DNA from: Azolla caroliniana
Taxonomy: Eukaryota; Plantae; Polypodiophyta
Assembly: GCA_043228905.1 (NCBI GenBank)
Contig: JBHGNT010000012.1
Span: forward strand, 10,416,001-10,480,000
DNA: 64,000 nucleotides
Direction of reading: 5' to 3'
Shown: positions 48,524 through 57,700 of the stretch, in pieces
Layout: each line of letters starts with the position of its first letter
Position numbering within the stretch: position 1 is the stretch's first letter
The notes under the pieces: model-generated
Seen by the model: only the letters and a program-made list of their open reading frames with translations
Told to the model about the DNA's origin: nothing
Database searches by the model: none
Translations under genes and position numbers: made by a program

Positions 48524-50967
48524 GGGGCAGATAGTGGGATTCGACATACAAGGTACTGTCCCACGGGCGTGCCATGTGTTACCCGGCCGGCAAAGGAGTT
48601 AAAGACCAGAATGTGAAAGGTATTGTTATTCAGAATCTATTTTAATTAAGTAGAATAGTGGGACGTGACCAGACGGACCGGAATCAGTATGCCGATCCGG
48701 ATCCGGACCGGTTCTGAACATGTGCCGGTTGGCACCGTTTTGTACTCAGCATCAGTGACCTATATAAAGGCCTGGTTACAATGTAGAACTTTGATGGATA
48801 ATTAATAGAGATTCTTGTTTTATCTTTAATTGTTGATTACCGTTCTGTACTAATTGTTCTATCATACGTGTGCATCGAATTTAATGCCATATTGCTAAGT
48901 AGCCAATTAAGTCTGATTAATCGTTGTGTCTTAAGTTATCTCGCCGTGACACCCCTTTGGTGAAGTGTCTTCCGTAGACACCCTGTGTTAGGCCATTGTC
49001 CGGCCCTAAGGATTAACACCACTCCCGAACCAAGCATATACAAAGGAGATATCATTGGTTACGGGAGAAAGTGGAGGAAGGAGAGTTTACCCTTGTGAAT
49101 ATCCATACTGATGACAATGGATCCGAAATTCTAACAAAAAACCTACCGATGGACAGACTCAGTGTTTGTCGACAGAGGACATAAATAACATACCCCTCCC
49201 CACTGGAGTGAAGGGGGAGTTTGTAAGGAATATGTCCCTCTAGTGGGAGGAGTCGACTACTCGGAAAGAGCCGACAGTCGAAGACAATGGAGCAGTCGAA
49301 TGGTCGGATAAGAGCCGATAGTCGGTCGACTGATTAGTAATACTATTATTTTTATTATTAGATAATAATAATGGCCATGATTTTAAATAGCCCATTCTGT
49401 GTATTAGTATAAATACACCTAGGGAAAACAGAACCGAAGAGTGTATGAACTGAGTGAAGTGAAAAGAGAGAGATAGTGAGTGAGGGGCACTATAGTTGTG
49501 TTCGTAACAACAGACGTAAAGAGCCATGTGAGGTTGATACACTCCGCACACAGAGGGTTGTACTCTGATATCTCCATTGTATATCCACTGTATAGTGAAG
49601 TTTTGTTCTCCGTGGTTTTCTCCACGTTAAATCTGTGTACACTCTTTTCATTCTATGTTTCCAAGTTTTGCATTTCGGCGTATTCTTTTCTTGTGAAATA
49701 ATGATTAGTACATTGTGCATTGCCAACAGAGCTTATGTATGGACAAAAGCCGGTAATGCCTATCGAAAGGACGATCGCCTCATGGGTAGTGATACCATGG
49801 GAGAATGAGATGAGTCGAGAAGAATTATTAGCGGCGCAGATAAGGCAGCTTGAAAGAAGGCCTGAAGATCTAGAAAATGCGTGAAAGATAATGGAGGCAG
49901 CTCGAGTGAAGGACAAGATTCGGTTCGACAAGACACATCGATTGCGTCCCAAGAAGATCGAAGATGGAGATTGGGTATTGGTCTACGACAATAGCCTTGA
50001 CAACCAACACAAGACAACAAGAATGTTCGCAAGAAGGTGGTTCAGATCGTATGTGGTGACGAGTGCCAACGACAATGCCACCTACCACCTCGCGGAGCTA
50101 GACGTATCAAGGTTGTTCATACCCATTGCGGGGAAAAGAGTAAAGATCTTCAAGAAAAGACAAGGTGAAGGTTTTGACCTCGATGACCTCAACATATGGT
50201 AGGGCGGAACCCACAAACGTGAGCGAGGTCAACGAGGACGTGGAGGAATCGGATTGATCACCGTAGCCGAAATCTCACACTCTCTTCTTGGCATGTACCG
50301 GAGGACGTGTGGTTTGGTGGGGGTGGATGTCGTGAAGATTTTCGGCAACGGTGTGAAAATCACGTGGAAAGGAGAAAACCGAGAAGGTGCAATGTGCACA
50401 TGCATGAAAGGGGTGATGATTACACTCGTATATTAGCACATTAATGTGCACATGGGTTTTGAACCTTACACCCCCAAGCTAGGAGACAATTGACATACCA
50501 TTAAGCTAAGATGTTTCTTTAAAGTTTATTTTCATCATTGTACTTTTCACATGTAAATTATCATACATGAGAGCTTGGATGAGTGACATAGTCATCATGC
50601 ATCACATGTGATACATGAACGCCAGATGGCAAGACATGCATTGTATGCATGTCTTGTACCCTCACATGCATCATATGTATGGGGGCATCTATAAATGATG
50701 AAAAAGAAAAAGGATGGGAGGCAAGCTATGTATTGAACGAAGAAACTTCCAATAAAAAATCTAGTTTTCTTATTGGTGATGTATCTTGTCTTTGAATATT
50801 GAAGTCAAGGGTTCAATCTCTATCTCTCTCAATCCGTCTCTCTCTCTCTCTCTCTGTATCTATCTTAAATACTTTCTCGCTAAAGCTAGTACAAACTTCG
50901 AATACTCCCGGTCCATGGCCTCGATGGTCCCGCTTCATTTCGCGAACATGCGAGGATTTCCTTGACA

Positions 50968-52522
50968 CCGGCCAAGCAGATCCTAGGGATGCACATAGTT
51001 TGAGATAGAACTAAGAAAGTGGTGTGGTTCTCACAAGAGAAGTATGTGACAACGATCCTAGAGAGGTTCAACATGTCGAAAGCAAAGCCAGTCGGCTCTG
51101 TGTTGCCGACCAACTGGAAGTTGAATGCAATGCAATGCCTGAAAGGGGAGAAAGAAAAGGTTGAGATGAGGAAAGTACTGTATGCCTCAACCGTCGACAG
51201 TTTAATGTATGCTATGGTCTATATGAGACCAGAAATAGCATTTGTTGTGGGAGCAATAAGCCGATATATGAGTAATCCAGGTAGAGAACATTGGGCTAGG
51301 GTCAAATGGATACTCAGGTACTTAAAAAGCACCTCAAGGGTATGCCTTAGGTTTGGAATCGGAAAATCTGTGCTTGAAGGGTTTACCGACTCGGGCATGT
51401 TGGGGGACACAGACTCAAGTCGATCCACATCAAGGTACGTGATGGCCTATGCAAGGGGAGCAATGTAGTAGTAGTCACGACTTCAGAATTTTGTGGCTTT
51501 GTCGATCACAGAGGCAGAGTATATGGCAGCGGTAGAGGCTAGCAAAGAGCTGATTTGGATGAGAAATTTTCTGAGTGAGTTGGGAATGAAGCATAGGGAA
51601 TTCTTGCTTCATTGCGACAGCCAAAGTGCCATACATCTAGCTAAGAATGTTGTGTACCACTCCCGGGCCAAACATATATAGAGGAGGTATCACTGATTGT
51701 GAGAGAAAGTGGATGTCGGGGAGCTCACCCTTGTGAAGATCCATACTGACGATAATGGATCCGACATGCTAACTAAGAACCGATTGATGGACAGACTCAG
51801 AGTCTGTCGACAGAGGAAATGGCTAACCGACTCCACCCATAGGAGTGAAGGGGGAGTTTGTTAGGAATATGTCCCTCCTATGGGGAGGAGCCGACTGGTC
51901 GGACAGAGAGCAGACAATCAAAGACATGGAGTAGCCGACTGGTCGGGCCGAGAGCCAACAATCGATGTCATGGAGAGTCAACTAGGTGAGTTGACTGAGA
52001 GAGAGTCGACAACAAATATGATCCAAGTTGAAGACACGACTAACTAGTCGGGCCGATTGGACAGTTGAGATTCGACTAGCCGATCAATCGGTTGATTAAC
52101 TATTATTGTTATTTAGTATAATAATATGAATGATGGTAGCAATGGTTACATTTGTAAATAGCCCATATCGTGTATAAGTATAAATACACTTAGGGAAAAT
52201 AGTTTGTAGTACAATAGAACACAACGAAGTGCTGCAGAGATAGCATGTAATAGAGAGAGAGTGAGAGTGTGTGAGAGAGAGCGGCGGTAGAGTTCAACGA
52301 AATTGCCAAGAACCCTAAGTGTTTATCCTTTGAGTTTTAGAGAAGAGTTGTAGCCGTTCTTTGTACTCTCTGTTGTATAGTGCAAGAACTGTTCTCCCGT
52401 TGTTTTTCCCATGTTTAGGGTTTCCACATAAAACTCTATGTTGTCTTGTGCATGTTCTGTTTCCACGTTATTGTGTATTTTGCAATCGGTCTTTCTCACA
52501 GATCTGGGATTGATTCCCTACA
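50968..52522 (+). mobile_element. 3' part of Ty1/copia element E (RT end, RNaseH, PPT, 3' LTR 51859-52522)
   Basis: SQEKYV...SLMYAMV...EAEYMAA...CDSQSAIHLAKN; PPT gagtgaagggggag; LTR tgttagg...ccctaca. The 5' part is absent from the window. Confidence 0.88.
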
Positions 52523-54594
52523 ATAACTACAACCGGAATACAAGGATGTACACAAACTTACCTTTTGGAGGAGCATCAACATTTGATGGTTCATGTTTTG
52601 GTATGGGGTCTTCAACCCCATTAGACTTTGCCTTTGCCGCCTCCATGTTGTTTTTAGTCTCCGACTTGGTAGATACGTTGCTTCTAATACCCCTTCTTAC
52701 TAAAACACTGCAACCAAAACCAAAGTTAGCATATAATGCATCACTATTTTAGTCTCATATACATTCTCGAAGATTGAATTGTGTCATACCTCCCTTTGTT
52801 GGGTCTGCTTACAACCCAATCATACTTAAACTCTAGGAACTCCTTGGACTTAGCAACCATCTATGGAAGCAAAGCAAACTACCATAATTTATGCACTCCA
52901 CCACAAGAATGTAAACCTTAATACTAGATTTCAACGACTTTTTATCCATCCACATTTTACCCAACCCAACATTTTCCTTTCACTCACAAACATGCAAGCA
53001 TATTTAGAAATCATTACAAAACACGCAATTAAAAGTAGACTAACGGGACTAACCTGGATGTCGACAATCATCCATTGCATGCAACCATAAGAATTTTAAT
53101 CCTACTACCACATATGATGGTTCATTTTAGCCAACCAAACATTTTCCTTTCGCTCGCCAACATGCAAGTTTTTCAAAATAATCCAATGCATGCACGATCT
53201 GCATGTATCCACAAGAATCTCTACCCTAATACTATATTTCACCAACATTTTATCCTTTTTCAAGAACATTTTATCCATCCAACATTTTCTGAACACTCAC
53301 AAAATCATTAGAAAAGTAGCAATCAAAAGTAGAAACCAATGAAATACATACCAGGCATATGTAGGTGGCAATGCAAATGCAGATGCAGGTGCAGGTGGTT
53401 TGAGTTCTTCCCTCATAAAACGCAAATGTCACAAGCACGTCATCATTTCAAAAAAGTGGGAAAAATGGCCAGACACCAGGGTTTTAGTTGATTGCAATTA
53501 TATGTTGGTTATTCCTTTGACTTGGTTTGAGTTGGGCTACTGCTTTGAGTCAAACTACTACAAGGAGATAATCAAGCTATGGAAATAAGTTAGGCTATTG
53601 ATTTGAGTTGGGCAATTGTGATTTGAATGGTCAAGTTATTAGGGCTACCAAAAATCAAATTTTATAATGGTGCGCGTTTTTAGATAAATATCTGATGGTG
53701 TAGATCATATGTACTCTTGGAAACGTGCCCTACATCGTTTGTGGCGGCGATTCCCTCACCAGGCCTCATCATGATTTGGTAGCAAATAAACACGTTGCAT
53801 GGACATGGACAACCCATTTCCTCGTGTTGGAGCCCCACCATGGCATTTGCATAAAATGTTAAGAGAGTTTAGCTCTTGATAGATGATGATGATGATGTGT
53901 CTTTGTTTAGAATAAATATCATGACCTCGGGTTTTCCAAGGTTCATCCTGCAATAATTGTGTGTAGAAGCCATCTATTATGTATAGGAGTTGGTGTCTCT
54001 TGTAAACTTATGTGTGAGTTAGAAATTGAGATAATGACACAAACGGAAATGGAATGTATGGGTTGGAGCACGAACTAGATGCCCCCATCTTTTCTTGTTG
54101 TATTGACATAGTCTACCATATTCTTGTTGAAGAGCCTATAGAGCCCAATGAGTTTATGAGAGAGTAAGTAACAACCTTGTGTCACAAGATTGGTGCTAGA
54201 AATACATATACGAGAGACCTATGATGCATCTCGTTTCACCCCTAACTTATTCATAAAGTGCATAGATAATCCGTAACGTTTTTTCGTAATATAGTCAAAG
54301 CCATTATAAACATTTTGCATAATTTGTTAAATTTTGATCTACCATGCAACTGAGAGTGAAGGTTTATTACCAAGGGAAGAATAATTAAGAAGAAGAGGAC
54401 ATTTATTATTATGAAGAAAGCCTTCCTCCTTTGCTTAATTACTAATTTCATTAAGGAGAAGAAGAAGAAGAAGAAGAAGAAGACTAAACTATTATTTATG
54501 TACATACATATGTAGATGATTGATTAAGGAAACTTGGAAAACAAAGAGGAAAGGAAGAAGACTTTTTAATGAATGATTTAAGTAAGACAGCTTC

Positions 54595-54626
54595 CTTCCC
54601 TTCCTTCTTTCCCTCCCTCCCTCCCT

Positions 54627-54668
<42 letters not shown>

Positions 54669-54701
54669 CAAAGAATCTTTGCTCTCTCTCTCTCTCTCTC
54701 T
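54595..54701 (+). repeat. (CCCT)n/(CT)n microsatellite just upstream of the kinase start codon
   Basis: Visible pyrimidine tract, typical of plant 5' UTRs. Confidence 0.85.
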
Positions 54702-54754
54702 GTCCTTTTCCATTGATCCTCTAAACCTCTTGGCTTGTGAAGAGACTGACTTCC

Positions 54755-57700
54755 ATGGCTGCTTCCTCTTCCCCTTCTTCTATATCTCGCTGTTCCAACA
54801 GAACTCTGTTTCTGCACGCCAGGCTCTCTATTAATGCAAACAACTCCTCATCCCTCAGACTCACAACACTTCCATATCCAAAAGTTGTGTTAGAGTTAGG
54901 GTTACCATCAGGTTTTGGACCAGGATCTTCTTCTCTGAACACTTTCTCACCTCTGAGATCATCATATGGGAGCAGAATGCTGAAGGATAGGAAGAATAGC
55001 ATGATAACCAGGGTTTCCATCGCTTCTGGAATAGCAGAAGACAGTGTAAAAACATCAAGAAGTACTGAAGAAGTAGGTGCAATCAGTGAAAAAGGAGAAT
55101 CCATCTCTAAAGGTAAAAGGGATACACATAGCGAGTCTTACAAACCTGATGATAAAATTCATTCTCATGATGAGAGTTATAACACAGTTACCAATTCATT
55201 GGAGGAGGGCTTCATCAATGTCAATGTAAAGGTTCCATCTGAAAAGGAAGTTAAACCAACCATTGCAAAGGCCTATTCCTATTCTGTTGTCGGAGAGAAG
55301 AAGAAAAATAGCAATAGGAGGCAAAAAATGGAGTCTATAGAGCAAGAAGAACCCTGGTTTAAATATGCAAACAAGGAGAAAGTCCCGGTATGAAAAACAT
55401 ATATCACCTTTAAGAATTCATCCTGCATTTTAGAGCTGTTCACATTTTGCATCAAAGAAACTTCTTTTGTGTGTAGATTTACTGCTTTGCATTGTGTAAT
55501 TTCATGTTGAAGAAGGATTTTTATTGTATATCAGGCAATGTTTCTTCTGTGGAGAAATGTGCATTGTGTTGATTTATGTGATATTGTAGAATTGTTTCAA
55601 TGTATATCAAATGTTTTTTCTTGTGTGGAGAAATGTGCATTCCATAGTGTAATGTCATATTTTACAAATTCGCATTGGGTTTTATAATGGCATATCTTAG
55701 AATGATTTTCTGTATATGACAAACATTGCTTTTCTGAAGAGTGTCTATTGCAAAAATAATAATGTAAAGTTATTTTCTTGAAGTAGTTCCATTAACATCA
55801 ATCCCCTAAAACAACAAGGTTGCTAAAGCTCGCTACTGCCAAAAAAGCTGAATTTCTCTCTAAAGATGATCAAATATGTGTTATTGCTTTTTATTTAACT
55901 GGACAATGTCAAATTTGTTGCATTCTTCCTTTCCTTTTGTAATTTGTGGCGATATTGACACTCATTTATATGTGTGATGGACAATGGCTTCCTTGCTTTC
56001 GTGGGCTGCTCCGGTAGAGAATAAGGCAAGATTTCTCTCTTAAACAACTTTGATTGCTCTAATGTAGTTCAACAAGGGTGATATAACCAACTAAATTGAT
56101 CTCAAATGGAGTGAATCCTGCCCTGAAGATTGTAGTAAAGATAGAAGAAAATTGTTTTCTAGTATGTTTGCTGGTTTTAAGGTAGCATCAATGCTGCGTT
56201 AATAGCCAATAGGCAACTCCATTTAGATGGACAACAGCAACTGCGATCAATAATACGCCTTGAGATTTTCCTCTCTATGAGATGTCTTTCTAGGGTTTGG
56301 ACCCACTTGTATAAATTTCATAAGTTGATACTCCGAGGATCCCCAATGGAAGTAGAAAAGGTTGTGTGATTGCACCATCACATGTCAAATGATGAAGAGG
56401 TTATCGTTGTTTCTGGTCTGTGAAAATGCATGATCAGGTGCACATCTCTCACATCGGAATCAAAATTCATCAGCTTGTGCTTGAGAGTTACCCATCCACA
56501 CATTGATAAGCAATCTATAGATTCCCAGAATGTGGTTTGTGAGGGATGATTGGTTCTCCCTGGATTGGCTGAATTGCATGTGAATGGGAGGTTGAATCTT
56601 CATTTAGGTTTCATCTGAATTGCCTCATCCAACTCCTCCTAAAGAGTAGTTTAGTCTTGAGACTGTTACACTTAACGTGTATCCTATGAAAGCTTTGGAG
56701 TGAACAGAGTTATAAGTAACTGTTGGGTGTGAACATACTTAGAATAGTATGGACCTTGTTAGGTAGCTGTTAGGTGTGAATATAGTTAGACTTGTGTGAA
56801 CCTAATTTAGTGGTAGTTAGGTTTCCACCTACTTGTAAATATTGGCTATATAAATCATTCTACATCTTTGTATTCAGTGCTCATTTTTTCTAATCTATTG
56901 ATATTTCCTTAAGTCTTCTAAGCAATTTTTTACAAGTGGTATCAAAGCAAGTTTAGGTTACTTTCTCTATCCTATTCTTCCTAATAGGCATACAAAGATC
57001 TTTGTTTATCTCTTCCCATCGAAGACGACATCAAACCTCTCCATCTCCAGCAACGAAAGTTCAAAGAACAGAAAACAATAGCAGAGGTGATCTTTCCCTA
57101 TTTTCACATTTCAAAAAGTAGATTTCGAGTTGATTCTGTTGACTATTGCATGCCCAAACCAGATTTTTGGTTTTGGAGGTATAGTCGAAACAAGTGTTGC
57201 GGCAGTCTCAAACCCTAACTGCATAGCAATTGCAGAAACCAGTTTTACCACAACACAATAACTCTTATCTATTTCTTTTAGCCCATTTCTTATGCTATTC
57301 TTCAATACTATATTGCTTTAATACATTTTAGTTAACATAACCATCGAGTACTGCAATATCTCATCCATATTTCTTGCTTCTTTCAATGGCTGAGCAAACT
57401 AATGTTTTTGGTATGCGTAATGCTAAAGACAAGTACATTGAAAAGCTGCGACAATGATTCAGGTTTGAAGAATGCAAGTCAATCTCCACTCCTGTGAAGC
57501 AGGTTTAAAATTCTCAGATCAAGACAAAGGAGAACCAACTGATGCACGCTTATACCAGCAAGCTGTAGGTTGTTTGATATTTTTGTGCAACATGAGACCT
57601 GGCATTCAATATGCAGTTTCACAATCAAGCAGGTTCATGTACAGCCCTGGAACAAGGCATTGGCAAGCAGCCAAGCAAGTTTTCCGTTACTTCAAAGGCA

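Larger units (their letters stand above)
37274..49018. mobile_element. Non-autonomous LTR element G (LARD-like, ~3.5 kb internal once A2 is removed), no recognisable gag/pol
   Basis: 442-bp direct LTRs 37274-37715 and 48577-49018 (tgtta...taaca), TSD ccacc/ccact within copia H RNaseH. PBS-like sites at 37723-37739 (+) and ~48558-48574 (-). Confidence 0.88.
28126..49709 (+). mobile_element. Ty1/copia element H, decayed; hosts F and G
   Basis: LTRs ~28126-28633 and 49222-~49709; PPT gagtgaagggggag before 49222. Polyprotein pieces 28652-29746, 35216-37273 and 49019-49210 join across the F and G insertions. Confidence 0.9.
20999..50967 (+). mobile_element. Internally deleted Trp-primed gypsy element C (relative of A); hosts D and H; inserted in copia E
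   Basis: 5' LTR 20999-21710 (first ~70 bp missing), PBS tggtaaacccgacgtgaa 21718-21735. Integrase pieces at 21776-21999, 27684-28125 and 49721-50300. PPT ~50311-50327, 3' LTR 50328-50967. Confidence 0.87.

Noticed and set aside
13620-50971. ccgg/ccgg as the TSD of one 37-kb composite (T array through C)
   Set aside because: The left flank is LTR X and the right flank is copia E RT, so they do not rejoin into one empty site. Shared target preference explains the match better.
52523-53400. Possible minus-strand exon fragments (e.g. 52561-52708 bounded by AG/GT) and a ~145-bp duplication
   Set aside because: No recognisable protein or termini. It may be DNA-transposon debris but cannot be supported from sequence alone.
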